From positions 1-64,000 of the forward strand of contig CAVWHX010000001.1 in assembly GCA_963754925.1 (NCBI GenBank): a stretch of DNA of 64,000 nucleotides, written 5' to 3'. This DNA comes from an uncultured delta proteobacterium (lineage in GTDB: Bacteria; Myxococcota; B64-G9). The notes beneath the pieces were generated by a model. That model saw nothing but the letters and a program-made list of their open reading frames with translations. It had not been told where the DNA came from and searched no databases. Below, piece after piece: positions 42,227 through 53,678 of the stretch (the first letter of the stretch is position 1; every line of letters starts with the position of its first letter). The translations under genes were made by a program, and so were the position numbers.

Positions 42227-44018
42227 GTGAGCGGGCGCATTCTGATTTGGGTTCTCATCGGTTTGTCTGTCGTTACTATGGCCGTCGGTCTGGCGGGTGT
42301 TCTGAACACCTCGACTATCCCGGAGGCAGATTCCGACAGGCATGATCAAGAGCTCCTGCGGATAACCGGGATGCTTCTCAATCGCGATCTGAGCCAGACA
42401 TCGCGGATCGTAGGCCTCGGCGCCGAATTGTTCGATATAGCGAAAACTTTCATCGGCCGAGCGGAGAGGACTCCTGCGCATGCTCTACAAGCAGGACGAG
42501 GAGATCTCGGCGGTGGTTTTGCTTGACGGGAAGGATCAGCTTGCCGTGCCGGCGGTATTTCTAACTGCCGACCAGATTAAAACCGACGCCGAGATGAGTA
42601 ATCGGCTGCCGGTTGCCGATCAGGATATCAGCACCTTTATGAAGCATTTGCCCATTGAAGCAGCGCGCGAGAAGGGCAAAGCTTTTGGGGGCGTGTATGT
42701 CGATCTGGCGCATAACACCGCCCTGGTGGCCGGCGCCGTGGCAGTCCCGGTCGGCGAGGGTCAACGAACCTGGGTGCTTGGGTTCGAACGCTCACTTCTG
42801 CGCATCCAACAAATCATCGCCACCACAGTTTTTTCGCCCGATGAGTCCCTGTTCGTGGTTGATAACGGGGGGCGTTTGGTGGCTCATCCAGTCGGAAGCC
42901 GATTCTTGCAGCGCGAGCTCATGGGCGAGGACCCGGCCGTGGCAGCGTTCTTGGGTGGAGAACGCTCAGGAAGTATGGTCTACCACACTCCCGACAATCG
43001 GGCGCTACGGAGTACGTTCAGCCGGTTAGAGGTTGTCGATTGGGCGGTGGTTATTCAACGAACACTCCGCGATGCCGGAAGCCATCCACTGCTGCAGGTA
43101 TGGTATCTGATGGTTGTTGGCCTGGCTTTATTTGGCGTCGGCCTTGCGCTTGATTGGCACTACCGACGGGTTAGGACCCAGATGCAAGAAATCAAGGCCG
43201 GAGCCGAACGCCATGCTGCCGAGCTCAAGCTCATTCAAGGATCCTTGCTCGAATCACGCAAGCTCAACGCAATTGGCGATTTGGGGGCCGGGGTGGCCCA
43301 TGAATTCAACAACCCGCTCGGCGGCATCTTGGGTTTGACTCAATTGTTGCTGCGTAAAAAGAAGGAAGGCGACCCGGACCTGCAATTCTTGAATCGGATC
43401 GAGGAGGAAGCCAAGCGTTGCAAGGCAATTACGGACAACCTTCTGCGTTTCTCTGAATTGCAAATGGTAGAAAACCGCGAGCCGCTGCGACTGGATCGCC
43501 TGTTGGAGAACACTATTAGTCTGCTCAGCCGCAAGTTTGAGAACCAGGGAATTCATGTTGAACGCGCGTTTTCACCGGATCTGCCGCGCATTTGGGGCAA
43601 CGAAGGCGAGATCCAGCGGGTATTGTTAAACGTTTTCCTTAATGCCGAGACCGCCATGCGCGACGGGGGCACGCTTACCTTGTCTACCAAGCGCGATGGC
43701 AACGAGGTGGTGGTGAGCATTGCCGACACCGGCAACGGGATTGCGCCAGAAAATATCGAGCGGGTATTCGAGCCCTTCTTTACCACCAAGGACAATTGGA
43801 AGGGCGCCGGCCTCGGCCTCTGGGTGGTATATCAAATTGTTCAAGACCATCAGGGCCATGTAAAAATTGAAAGCGAAATCGGTCAGGGAACAACGGTAAT
43901 CTTCCGCTTTCCCATAGAAGAAAAAACACGGCCCAGCGAACAAAGTTTAATGTGCTTCTCGCAGCCTCGGTGTTACGTGCGAGCTTTTTCATCAAACATA
44001 GGTATTGAATTATCGTAG
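42227..44018 (+). CDS. Cache-domain membrane sensor histidine kinase (frameshift near 42470)
   Basis: N-terminal TM helix in ORF 42206..42526; FVVDNGGRLVAHP; AHEFNNPL, LNVFLNA, DTGNG, FEPFFTTK, GAGLGL. Confidence 0.85.
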
Positions 44019-44081
44019 GGATGGGCTTTATGCCCGTCCGTTAAAAATCGATTTACGGCTGGGGATAAACCCCAGCCCTAC
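44015..44081. repeat. Inverted pair of GTAG-type REPs (REPIN-like) between convergent genes
   Basis: GTAGGGATGGGCTTTATGCCCGTCCG (44015-44040) and, on the minus strand, GTAGGGCTGGGGTTTATCCCCAGCCG (44081-44056). Confidence 0.75.
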
Positions 44082-44092
44082 GACCAGGGTAT

Positions 44093-45073
44093 TCAATCGG
44101 GATTATGTATCAAGGCGCTGTCAGCCTCGCGTTCGAGATCTGAAAAATGACCTTCGTATTTGGGCGAGAAATGAAAAATGACCAGACGCCTGGCGCCGGC
44201 CAAGCGAGCCGCTTCTCCGGCCTGCCGGGCGGTTAGATGATAGGTTTCCGCGGCGCGTTCGCGATCTTCATGCAGGAAGGCACCTTCGCAAAATAAAAGG
44301 TCCGCTTGATTGGCAAGTTGCGCGATGCGAGCAAGGTTCTCGGGACTGCCCAGGGAGTCGGTCACATACGCGAGTCGTTGGCCTCGGGTGATAATCAGCA
44401 GTTGTTCGGCGAGTTTCTGAGCTTCGAAAAGCTTACCCTCGATCTCGTAGATTACCCCGGCCAGCTGGCCTTTGCGTACCGCGTCCTTGAGTCGGTTTAA
44501 CCACGGTCCGGGTCGAAGCCCCAGGGCCTCTAATTGAACCGGATCGACGTTATAAAAGTCGTGTTCAACAACCGAGTAGGCCAAACAGGGAGTACGATGG
44601 TCGAGGACCGTCGCTCGAACCGTGATCAACTCGTCACGCCAGATACTGTCGGCATCGGGCAGCTTCTGGCTTTCATTCGGTTTAAAGCGGCGGTGGCACA
44701 AAAACTCAGTCATCTGTGTGTGCTGGCCGTCATACTCGCGCACCTCGAAGGCCAGCCTCTGGTGTTGAACCAAGTTCCAGGTATAGCCGGCGAGCTTGCC
44801 GCGTACGCACCCGGTGATGCCGGTGGGACCGTAAATCCGGACCCGGCGGCCGCGGCCGAGGTGCAGACGCAAGAGGTGGTCAAAACCTATGAAATGGTCA
44901 ATGTGAGCGTGTGAGACAAATACATCACTTATCCGGAGAACCTCGGGGGGTGAAAGCGCATGGAGGGTGCCGCAGTCGAAAAGCAACGCGCGCTTTTGCC
45001 GCAGGATGTCGACAAAGAGAACCGGATCGCCCACCTGGCCGTTGACTAACCGGGGAAGAAAGGCGGTCTTCAT
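44093..45073 (-). CDS. Ribonuclease Z-like metallo-beta-lactamase
   Basis: LFDCG, SHAHIDHFIG, DH, AYVTD, HLTARQAG, FHFSPKY. Confidence 0.85.
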   Translation of the reverse strand: MKTAFLPRLVNGQVGDPVLFVDILRQKRALLFDCGTLHALSPPEVLRISDVFVSHAHIDHFIGFDHLLRLHLGRGRRVRIYGPTGITGCVRGKLAGYTWNLVQHQRLAFEVREYDGQHTQMTEFLCHRRFKPNESQKLPDADSIWRDELITVRATVLDHRTPCLAYSVVEHDFYNVDPVQLEALGLRPGPWLNRLKDAVRKGQLAGVIYEIEGKLFEAQKLAEQLLIITRGQRLAYVTDSLGSPENLARIAQLANQADLLFCEGAFLHEDRERAAETYHLTARQAGEAARLAGARRLVIFHFSPKYEGHFSDLEREADSALIHNPD

Positions 45074-45095
45074 ACAATCAGGCTCTCACACGTCG

Positions 45096-45988
45096 TCATC
45101 GCCACAACCCCTGAGCGTTCACCTCTAACCGCGGCGGCTTGGTGTCAACCAAGATCTCGGGCGACTCTCGAGTGGTCGTGTTACCGGCCGAATCGGTGGC
45201 ATTAATGATCAGCCGGTTGCTGCCTTCTTGCAACGGCACCTCTGCAGAAAAGGTGCCGTTCGAACGCGCCCGAACCATCACGCCGTTAATCGAGCACCGT
45301 GCTTGCCGGGGGCGCCGTGCCCGTGATGGTGGCGTTGGTGAGGTCGCTCTTGGTTGGAGGCCATTTTACGAGCAATGCCACCGAGGTCGGAGTAGGCATG
45401 ACAGGTGCGGGCGGTTGATGGGGGAGCACCGTCGAGTGCGTTCCCCGCTCGACCACCACCGCGCGGCCCTGCGCTGCCAGGGTGACATTGCCCTTTAGGG
45501 TATTAACTTGCACCGTGCCCTGGCCATCGTTCGAAAGGCTAAATTCGCCCTGGCGGGCCGAGGCAACGGCATCGCTGCCGTACGAGGTGAATTCGAGTTC
45601 GTGGTTGCTATCAGCTCCCAGCCCGGCGGTGATGTGGCCCACCCCCAATTCAAACGACGAGCGTTGCACAGCCTCTTGGCCGATAACGAATTCGCTGCTA
45701 TGGCCGATCACGACCGAAATATTGCCGTGCAGGTGCAGCACGGCCTCCGAAAACAGGCCGGTGCGGATACGATCGCCCCGGCCAGAGGCGTTCGCCAAAG
45801 TGAGTTGGGGCGCATCGGCTGGTGTCGTGTCGACACACTTCCACCTGTCCGACTATTGAGCCAATGCGGTCGACCAACGCCAGCGCGTCTTGAGATGGTT
45901 GCGGCGTAATGAACAAATTGACGGCGACAAGCCCCATCAGGAGCATTCCGTTGGTTGAGAGGGCTACCGCACCGCCGGTCTTGGTCAT
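45096..45988 (-). CDS. FecR-domain protein with C-terminal Ig-like domain, split by two frameshifts
   Basis: Three serial ORFs; GDRIRTG..SEAVL, VNTLKGNV, then VPLQEGSNRLIINATDSAGN. Start uncertain. Confidence 0.6.
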
Positions 45989-46054
45989 GATCTCCTCATC
46001 GCGCTGAAACAGTCAGTGAATCTGTTGGTAACGATCGCGGTGACGGCAAACATC

Positions 46055-47719
46055 TCAAGGTGACGTCGGGGTACTGAGAATTTCCGCAATCTTGTGTAAC
46101 ATTTCGTCACGTCCAAAAGGCTTCTGGATATAACTCGCACCGCGATCAATGATACCATGCTGGGTGATTACCTCATCAGTGTACCCTGACATATACAATA
46201 CCATACTCTCCGGTCTCAGGGCGCGTACGGTCTCGGCAAGTTGTTTGCCGTTCATGTCAGGCATAATGACGTCGGTCAGGAGAATATGAATCGGGCCAAC
46301 ATGTTCTTTGGCGATGCGGCACGCATCCAGCCCATCACGCGCCTCAAGCACCAGGTAGCCCTCCCGCTCTAACATGGTGCGCGTGAGGGTGCGAACCTCG
46401 ACATCGTCCTCAACTAACAACACGGTCTCGCCTGCCGGAGGGCGAGCCGGGAGGGGCGGCCGTTGCAGAACCGCTTCTTCCCCGGCTTTCACCCACGGTA
46501 GTAAGATCGTAAAGGTTGAACCCTTACCGACTTCAGAATCGACCCAGATATGGCCGCCGGCCTGTCGAACAATGCCGTACGTTGCGGAAAGCCCGAGTCC
46601 GGTGCCTTCGCTTTCTTTCTTGGTGGTGAAGAATGGTTCGAAGATTCTATCGCGCACGTCGGGCCCCATACCGCAACCCGTATCGGACACGGTGAGTTGG
46701 ATGTAACGGCCCAACGCCACGCCGATATGGGTACGGCTATACTCCAGATCAATATCTCGGACGATGGTCTCAATCGTCAAGCGTCCGCCGTTGGGCATTG
46801 CGTCTTTCGCGTTCACCGCCAGGTTAACGATGGCTTGCTCGAGGTGACCGCGATCGAGTAGTACGTGCGTAGGCTCGTTCGTTAGTGCAAGATCAATGGT
46901 GATGTCCTCGCCCAAGAGAGTTCTCAGCATTTCTGATAGATCGGTGATCAGGTGATTGATATCAACGACCTGCGGGCGAATCGTCGTGCGCCGGCTGAAA
47001 GCCAGCAGTTTTCGCGCCAGAGCGGCGCCGCGCAAAGCGGCCTTCTCTATCTGCTCGGTAATCGGGCGCAGGGCGCTTTCCGTGCCGAGGGCTTCCCGTA
47101 ACCAGGCGGAGTAATTCAAAACGACAAACAAAAGATTATTGAAGTCGTGCGCCACCCCACCGGCCAGCCGGCCGATTGCCTCCATCTTTTGAGCTTGGCG
47201 GAACTGTTCCTGGAGCTGTGCGCGCTCGGCCTCGGCGCGCCGGCGCTCGCGAATATCGCGTATTGCAGAAATAAACGCGGTCGGGTTGCCGGCCTCATCG
47301 GAAATTATTGCCATGTTGAGCTCGGCCGGAAACACCTCGCCGGACTTGGTCAGCAATCGATACTCTAAGTTATCGACATGGCCTTGCGTACGCACGCGTT
47401 TAAGATCCTCCATGGCGCGCTGTCGGTCCTCGGGAGCAACAAGGTCGAACGCATTCTTACCGATCAGATCTTCCCGGGAGGTGGCGCCGTGAAGCACTAT
47501 CGTGCGGTGGTTGACCATGATAATTCGAGAGGAGAGGTCGACCACCACGATCGCGTCGGGAGAGGTGTCTGCCAAGGTGCGGTAGCGCTGCTCGCTTTGG
47601 TCGAGGGCTTCTTCGGCCTTAGAACGACGCACGTCAGCGGTTTCCAATTCGGCCATTCGTCGACGCAGGTCTTCGAGCTCCCGTACCAGCTCCTCGCGCG
47701 TGAGATAGCCATCTTTCAT
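46055..47719 (-). CDS. PAS-domain hybrid sensor kinase (CckA-like)
   Basis: PAS; QKMEAIGRLAGGVAHDFNN, NAKDAMP.GG, GTGLGL; C-terminal receiver LTDVIMP. Confidence 0.94.
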   Translation of the reverse strand: MKDGYLTREELVRELEDLRRRMAELETADVRRSKAEEALDQSEQRYRTLADTSPDAIVVVDLSSRIIMVNHRTIVLHGATSREDLIGKNAFDLVAPEDRQRAMEDLKRVRTQGHVDNLEYRLLTKSGEVFPAELNMAIISDEAGNPTAFISAIRDIRERRRAEAERAQLQEQFRQAQKMEAIGRLAGGVAHDFNNLLFVVLNYSAWLREALGTESALRPITEQIEKAALRGAALARKLLAFSRRTTIRPQVVDINHLITDLSEMLRTLLGEDITIDLALTNEPTHVLLDRGHLEQAIVNLAVNAKDAMPNGGRLTIETIVRDIDLEYSRTHIGVALGRYIQLTVSDTGCGMGPDVRDRIFEPFFTTKKESEGTGLGLSATYGIVRQAGGHIWVDSEVGKGSTFTILLPWVKAGEEAVLQRPPLPARPPAGETVLLVEDDVEVRTLTRTMLEREGYLVLEARDGLDACRIAKEHVGPIHILLTDVIMPDMNGKQLAETVRALRPESMVLYMSGYTDEVITQHGIIDRGASYIQKPFGRDEMLHKIAEILSTPTSP

Positions 47720-47828
47720 CAGCAACAACCCTCGCGAAAGCACCACCTACCACAGATCTCTCTGTCGAGCCACCACCACACCGACGGCTATCATACTCTA
47801 AACGGGCAGTCAGTCCAACAAGTGAATA

Positions 47829-47974
47829 GGTAGTGTCTCAGTTTGAGGCTTACGGGTGTTCGGCAGGCTAGTGTCTATCCCACAAGGGGACAAGAGCTTG
47901 TGCAGAGCATAAGAGCTTGTAATCCTCGCTTCGTTCGTCAACAAGCTCTAGCACCCAGGTCCCATTTACGCTTT
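47829..47974. mobile_element. Partial second copy of the MITE, interrupted by a hairpin element
   Basis: GGTAGTGTCTCAGTTTGAGGCTTACGGGTGTTCGGCAGGC...CACCCAGGTCCCATTTACGCTTT matches the reverse complement of about 29258-29332. Confidence 0.8.
47875..47950 (-). repeat. TAG-flanked hairpin element, copy 3 (long form)
   Basis: Minus strand TAG AGCTTGT TGACGAACGAAGCGAGGATT ACAAGCT CTTATGCTCTGCACAAGCTCTTGTCCCCTTGTGGGA TAG. Confidence 0.8.
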
Positions 47975-47976
47975 GG

Positions 47977-48529
47977 TCACTTTTCCGCTCGAGTGAATTC
48001 GAGGGGAAACTCATAGCCTATCGACTTCACCGCCATGCCGTCCTCTTTTTCCGGTAAAGGACGGAAACTCCCACGTGGCTACCCGTTGCGAAAGGCATTT
48101 GCCAAAACGGTGCTCGGCTATTTCATCAGGCTGAATCTCGACGTTCTGCACTTTGCCGTTGGTTTGAATGTGTATTTCGACAATAGCTTGCCCCTCGAAT
48201 GCCGGATCTTTTTTGAGCGCTTCACAGTAGCAAAACTTGACCGTGCGTAAGTTGCGATTGACCACGCTGTTGAAATCGCTGTCGTCGAGAAGGTCTTTTG
48301 CTGGCTTGCCCTTTGACACCGATACCGTATTACTTGCGCCGAAAAAGAGATTTAAGGTGGCTTCAGGTATATCCTCTCCCGGCCGGGCGGTTACCTTGAA
48401 AAACTTGCTTTGGTCCTGGGCCAACGCTTTAAACCTCGCCGGGAAAATCTTGTCCTTGGCGAAGGTTGTCGATAATCCGAGGCAGCGCGCCAGGCCAATG
48501 ACAAGAATTAACCATATTGCACACCGCAT
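47977..48529 (-). CDS. AgmX/PglI C-terminal (TonB-C-like) domain protein; homopolymer frameshift near 48047
   Basis: Signal peptide; VKFCYCEALKKDP.FEG...I.TNGKV...CL...V..W.FP. Removing one A gives the ending GYEFPLEFTRAEK*. Confidence 0.72.
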
Positions 48530-48637
48530 AATCGTTTTCCTCCCTCTCTCAAGACGCAGCGCCGAACTTTTAAAATGCATTGTATAGCGGAAGCGGAACG
48601 GAGGCAATACGGGAGGGGTTAGGCACAAAGACCGCGT

Positions 48638-50035
48638 TTAGCCCGTTGGCTTGAAATCATCAGAGCGGATGTCGTAGCGTTTGAGAAGCCTATGCAGGCT
48701 CTCACGCTCGATCCCGGCGCGCTCGGCGGCGCGGGTTACGTTGCCGTCGAACTCGCGCATCAAGGCGAACAGATAGTCGCGCGAGACACGGTCCCGGGCG
48801 ACATCTAGCGCTTCCCGGTATGGCATCTTCACCAGAACATCAATCGGCAAGCCGCCTTCTTGAGCGTCCCGCACCTCGGGGGGGAGATCCCGCGCGTCCA
48901 GTTCTGGCCCGGCGCTAACCGCGACCGCCCGCTCGATCGCGTTTTCCAATTCGCGCACGTTTCCCGGCCAGCGAAAGCCGGTGAGGGCACGCAGTGCCTC
49001 CGGGGTGAGGCCCGTGAGCGCATGCCGCAAGGCGCGGGCATGTTTTTCGAGAAAGTGGACCGCAAGCAGCGGGATGTCTTCGCGTCGTTCGTTGAGCGAC
49101 GGCATGCGGATGGGAAAGACATACAGGCGATAGAAGAGGTCCTCGCGGAAACGCCCGGCCTGGACCTCGGCCTTGAGGTCCCGGTGCGTCGCCGCTATCA
49201 CCCGAACATCCACGGGTACCGTGGCGTTGTCGCCCACGCGCCGGATTTCGCGCTCCTGCAACGCCCGGTTGAGCTTTACCTGTATGGCGAGCGGCAGCTC
49301 TCCCACCTCGTCGAGGAAGATCGTGCCGCCGGAGGCTTCCTCGAAGAGGCCCGGCCTGGCCGCGGCGGCGCCGGTGAACGCGCCGCGCGCATGACCGAAG
49401 AGCTCGCTCTCCACGAGCTCGGAGGGTAGGGCGCCGCAGTTGACCGGCACGAACCGCCGTTCCTTCCGACTGCTCTGGTAGTGGATTGCGCGCGCGGCGA
49501 GCTCCTTGCCCGTGCCGGTCTCTCCGGTGATGAGCACCGTGATGTCGAGCGCGGCGGCTTGTTCCAGGAGGCGGTATACATCCCGCATCGCCCGACTCTT
49601 GCCGACGATGTTATGGAACGCATGAACTTCCTGCAGCTCCTTGCGGAGGTTTGCCGCTTGTTCCCGAAGCCGTTTTCGCTCGAGGGCCCGTGCCACGGCC
49701 AAAACGGCGACGTCGGGATCAAACGGTTTTTGGAGATAATCGTAGGCGCCTTGCTTCATCGCCTCGACCGCGTCATTCACCGTGGCATAGGCAGTCATCA
49801 TGACGACCTCGGTGTCGGGTTCGCGCTTCTTGACCGCCTTGAGCACCTCGAAGCCGTCGGCGCCGGGCATCTTGAGATCGGTGACCACCACGTCGAAATC
49901 CTGGGCTTCGACCAGGGAAAGAGCGCGGAGGCCCTCGGCCGCAGTTGTCAACTCATACTCATCGCCGAGAATTTTGGAGAAGAGCTTCAACATGTTTTCC
50001 TTGTCGTCTACAACCAGAATGCGGGCGCGACTCAT
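48638..50035 (-). CDS. Sigma54-dependent response regulator
   Basis: Receiver; [36 protein letters not shown]. Confidence 0.95.
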   Translation of the reverse strand: MSRARILVVDDKENMLKLFSKILGDEYELTTAAEGLRALSLVEAQDFDVVVTDLKMPGADGFEVLKAVKKREPDTEVVMMTAYATVNDAVEAMKQGAYDYLQKPFDPDVAVLAVARALERKRLREQAANLRKELQEVHAFHNIVGKSRAMRDVYRLLEQAAALDITVLITGETGTGKELAARAIHYQSSRKERRFVPVNCGALPSELVESELFGHARGAFTGAAAARPGLFEEASGGTIFLDEVGELPLAIQVKLNRALQEREIRRVGDNATVPVDVRVIAATHRDLKAEVQAGRFREDLFYRLYVFPIRMPSLNERREDIPLLAVHFLEKHARALRHALTGLTPEALRALTGFRWPGNVRELENAIERAVAVSAGPELDARDLPPEVRDAQEGGLPIDVLVKMPYREALDVARDRVSRDYLFALMREFDGNVTRAAERAGIERESLHRLLKRYDIRSDDFKPTG

Positions 50036-50160
50036 TGATTTTCTTCTCTTTCGGAGACAAGCGGCAGTAACGCCGCCCGTTCTTTTCGTTCGCGGCCGGC
50101 TAACAGCCGCTTGTCGTCAACGACTAATATGCGGGCCCGACTCATGGGGGTAGTTTCTCC

Positions 50161-51591
50161 CTAACGCGGCAGGCGCAGAATAAAACGTGCGCCGACCGGC
50201 GGAGCGTCAAACACGATCTCCCCGGCGTGCGCACGCGCGATGGCTTGAGATACGGCTAGCCCCAGCCCGGTGCCGCGCTGCTTGGTGGTGAAAAAGGGCT
50301 CGAACAAACGTTCGCGAACGGCGGTATCGACGCCCGTACCGGAGTCACTCACCGACACCTCAACGAACTTCTCCGTCTGGACGATGTGCACCTCAACATG
50401 ACCGTGGTCGCCTGAGGCCTCTATGCCGTTCTTCAACAAATTGAACACCACCTGACGTAGCCTCGGCGCGTCGCCATTGACGGTTCCTTGGCCTGCCACC
50501 TCGACCCTCACGCCGCTTATGCGGTCTGATTCTTCAAACCGCGCTGCCACGTCGTCGCACACCTCGCGCAGGTCAACCGGTTCTGCGTTGGATCTAAGCG
50601 GGCGGGACAGATCAAGGAGCCCTTCGACAATCTCCTTGCAGCGGAGCGTTTCCTCTTCGATGACCCCAAGATCGGCGGCGAGTGCAGGGTCGGCTTTCTT
50701 CTTCAAGACTCGCGCATATCCGAGGATTATCCCGAGGGGGTTGTTGATCTCGTGCGCTAAGCCGGCTGCGAGCCGGCCGATGCCGGCAAGCTTCTCACTT
50801 TGGACGAGTTGTGTTTGATGTTCCTTGAGCGACGCGGTCATGGCATTGAACTGTCGCGCGAGCGAACCGAACTCGTCGTGCGAATCGACCTCGATACGCG
50901 TGTCCAAGTCGCCCGCCGCGATGCGCTCCGCCCCATTTTTAAGGCGGCCAATAGGTCCGGCCACTGAGCGGCCGATACTGATACCCGCCCAACCCGCGAG
51001 GATCGGCGCGATGAGGAGGAACAGCAGAACCCAGATCAGAGCGCGCTGCTGAAGTGTCCCCACCAAGCTCTGCAGCTCGGAGACGGACTGTTCGAAACGA
51101 AGCGTCAACTGGTTCGTGCTTTCCTGGACGCGCGCCATCAGGTCCAGGACGTGATGGTGCTCGGTTTGGACTATTTCGGCCTGCCCGTTGCGAACGCCGG
51201 GCAGGATTCGGTCGTGAAACACCTGGTCCATCTCACCGGTGGTCTTCTCGATATCGGAAACCCATGTTCGCTCATCCTCGTCCGAGGTAAAGCGTTCCAT
51301 ATTCCGCGTAAGGTCGGCGACCCGTGCTTTCGCGTCCTCGTAGTGCTTTAGGTGGCTTTCGTTACCGATAATGATCGTGTGTGCGAGATGCGCGTACTGG
51401 TCACGAACTGCGCTGGCGAGGTCCAAGGCCATGCGCAGCCCTTCAACTCGCTCGCGGGTTCGCTCCAGCCCCTGGCGAATCTGCATAAGGCCGATCAGGG
51501 CGAAAATCGCCGCCGCCGCATAGAGCGCGATCAACGAACTGAAGGCGACAAAGAGACGACGTCCCGTCCCTGACCAACCGAGTTTCCTCAT
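50161..51591 (-). CDS. HAMP-domain sensor histidine kinase with a His-containing periplasmic domain
   Basis: Two TM helices, HAMP, AHEINNPL, FEPFFTTK, GTGLGL; QYAHLAH and EHHH in the sensor region. Confidence 0.93.
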   Translation of the reverse strand: MRKLGWSGTGRRLFVAFSSLIALYAAAAIFALIGLMQIRQGLERTRERVEGLRMALDLASAVRDQYAHLAHTIIIGNESHLKHYEDAKARVADLTRNMERFTSDEDERTWVSDIEKTTGEMDQVFHDRILPGVRNGQAEIVQTEHHHVLDLMARVQESTNQLTLRFEQSVSELQSLVGTLQQRALIWVLLFLLIAPILAGWAGISIGRSVAGPIGRLKNGAERIAAGDLDTRIEVDSHDEFGSLARQFNAMTASLKEHQTQLVQSEKLAGIGRLAAGLAHEINNPLGIILGYARVLKKKADPALAADLGVIEEETLRCKEIVEGLLDLSRPLRSNAEPVDLREVCDDVAARFEESDRISGVRVEVAGQGTVNGDAPRLRQVVFNLLKNGIEASGDHGHVEVHIVQTEKFVEVSVSDSGTGVDTAVRERLFEPFFTTKQRGTGLGLAVSQAIARAHAGEIVFDAPPVGARFILRLPR

Positions 51592-51615
51592 TGCAACTCC
51601 ATGGGCCATCATCCA

Positions 51616-51656
51616 CGGGGTTACCTGATGTAACCCCGACAGTTACAATGTAACCT
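51616..51656. promoter_or_regulatory. Tandem palindromes, probable enhancer sites for the sigma54 activator
   Basis: CGGGGTTAC-CTGAT-GTAACCCCG and GTTAC-AAT-GTAAC, about 100-140 bp upstream of the -24 element. Confidence 0.55.
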
Positions 51657-51752
51657 AGACAGTTTGTTTACGCAATGTGCAATGAATGTAATCCGGCGCC
51701 TTGACATTAGATAACCGGTTCTAATTTTTAGAAATATTAACAAAACGCTTAG

Positions 51753-51768
51753 TGGCATGTTGTTTGCT
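51753..51768 (+). promoter_or_regulatory. Sigma54 -24/-12 promoter of the copper efflux operon
   Basis: TGGCATGTTGTTTGCT. Confidence 0.78.
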
Positions 51769-51809
51769 CAGTAAGCAGATAGGTTAGATTTCAACTGGAG
51801 GAGAGATTC

Positions 51810-52203
51810 ATGAAGCTTTCAAAGACGATGCTCATAGGTCTCGTTGGTGCCATACTGCTGGTTGTCGGCGCCTGTACAAAAGATGATCGGGGGCAAACCG
51901 GAACCGACCATTCGCAACCAGCTACCGAAATGCCGATACACCATGTCATCGAAATCTCGGTCACCTCGGAGGGGTTTGTTCCAGCGCAAGCCACCGTTCA
52001 CGCGGGCCATCCTGTTAAACTTAGTGATCACGAGGAAAGTGGAAAACACCTGTGCGACCGATATCGTTATCAAGGACTACGGGATCAATAAACCGTTACC
52101 CCTGAATATACCCGTGGAGATCACCTTCACACCCACGAAACCCGGTAGGATCCGCTACTCCTGCCCGATGGACATGATCACCGGCGAGATCGTCGCCGAA
52201 TAA
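51810..52203 (+). CDS. Cupredoxin-domain lipoprotein (frameshift near 52020)
   Basis: VGAC lipobox; ISVTSEGFVPA...AGHPVKL joins VITR...TCA...FTPTKPG.I.YSCPMDMITGEI. Confidence 0.8.
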
Positions 52204-52216
52204 TTTGGAGGAGCCC

Positions 52217-53659
52217 ATGCGGCGCGCCGAAATCATATTCAGGTACAATACCGTGAGGCGCTGGATTGGCGCGACGCTTGTGATCCTGTGCCTTCCTCTC
52301 GCGCGGGGGGCGTGGGCATCTCCGCCATCCAACATGGTGGAACTACCTACCGATCCCGTACTCGCAACGCTTATTGAGCAGAGCCTTGCCATCGTCCCCG
52401 AATTAGCGCAGGCGCGCGCTCTGGCAAAGGCGGATCGCGAACGCGCGCCCCAGGCCGGGGCTTTGCCCGATCCCCTGCTCCAGCTCGGCGTTCAGAATGA
52501 CGGCTTCACCAGCTGGGAAGTTGGAAAAATGGAGACGAGCTGGTACTCGATCATGATCTCGCAAACGTTGCCCTGGCCCGGAAAGCTGCGGTTGCGAAGC
52601 GAGGTTGCCGAGCTCGGCGCCAACCAGGCGGAACAGAACGTCGCGCGGGTACGCTTGTCCACCGAAGCGGAGGTCCGACGCGCCTATCTTGGTCTTACCC
52701 TCGCACGCGACCGGCTGAGTTTGTTGGATCGCCTCGAGGCGATTTGGCAGAAGTCGGCCGCGCTCGCGCGGATCCGCTACGAAACCGGGCAGGGGGCGCA
52801 GTCGGATGTTTTTCGCGCGCAGCTCGAGCTCAATCGCATCCGGCAACGCCGGTGGGCCCTGCAGGTTGAGGCTGACACCCAGGTGCAAGCGCTCAACCGC
52901 CTGCGAGGTCATCCGCTCGATGAGCCTATCGCCACCGCGAGCCACTTGGCGGACCTTGCTCTTCCCTCGCTGAATGACGACAGCGTTGCCGCCCAAGACG
53001 CCTTCGACCGCAGTCCGGAGCTCGCGTCTGCTCGCCTGGGACTGCCCCAAGCGAAAAAGTCGGTCGCGCTCGCCCGCAAGAGCTATCTGCCGGATTTCAC
53101 CGTGAGCGCCGGCGTGATGCCGCGCGGCGGCGACTTTCCGCCCATGTGGCTTCTGAACGTCGGCTTTACGCTTCCGGTTTTTACGGGATCGAAGCAAAAC
53201 CGCGCGGTCGCCGAAAACGAGGCGCGTGTTCTCGCTAGTCATAAAAAAATCGAAAGCCTCGAGCAGGTGCTTCACCTGCGCGTGTTCCAGCGCCGCACCT
53301 CGCTTGCTGCCCTGCTCGAAACCATCCGGCTCTACCGGAACGGTTTGTTGGTCCAATCGGAGGCCACGGTGGATAGCACCCTTGCGCAGTACGAGGTCGG
53401 CAGGGTGACCTTCGCCTCGGTCCTCGATGCCAATGCCGGGCTCATCGCCGATCAAGACGGGTACCTTCAGGCCCTGGCGCAGGCGCAGCGCCTGACGATA
53501 GACTCCTTCGAGGTAAGCTTGGCTCCCGTATCTTCAGCCGGCGCCGGCATGGAGACTGCCGCAATGCCCGGTGCGGGCGCCGCGAACGCCCGTGCATCGT
53601 CGCCGAGCGGCGGCACGGCTACGGCAAGTCCGACGGGCGGCGGCTCGTCCGCAATGTAG
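52217..53659 (+). CDS. TolC/CusC-family outer membrane protein
   Basis: AGALPDP, SQTLPWPGK, RYETG...QSDV, YLPDF, YEVG. Confidence 0.9.
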   Translation: MRRAEIIFRYNTVRRWIGATLVILCLPLARGAWASPPSNMVELPTDPVLATLIEQSLAIVPELAQARALAKADRERAPQAGALPDPLLQLGVQNDGFTSWEVGKMETSWYSIMISQTLPWPGKLRLRSEVAELGANQAEQNVARVRLSTEAEVRRAYLGLTLARDRLSLLDRLEAIWQKSAALARIRYETGQGAQSDVFRAQLELNRIRQRRWALQVEADTQVQALNRLRGHPLDEPIATASHLADLALPSLNDDSVAAQDAFDRSPELASARLGLPQAKKSVALARKSYLPDFTVSAGVMPRGGDFPPMWLLNVGFTLPVFTGSKQNRAVAENEARVLASHKKIESLEQVLHLRVFQRRTSLAALLETIRLYRNGLLVQSEATVDSTLAQYEVGRVTFASVLDANAGLIADQDGYLQALAQAQRLTIDSFEVSLAPVSSAGAGMETAAMPGAGAANARASSPSGGTATASPTGGGSSAM

Positions 53660-53678
53660 AGTACGTGGGGAAGATACC

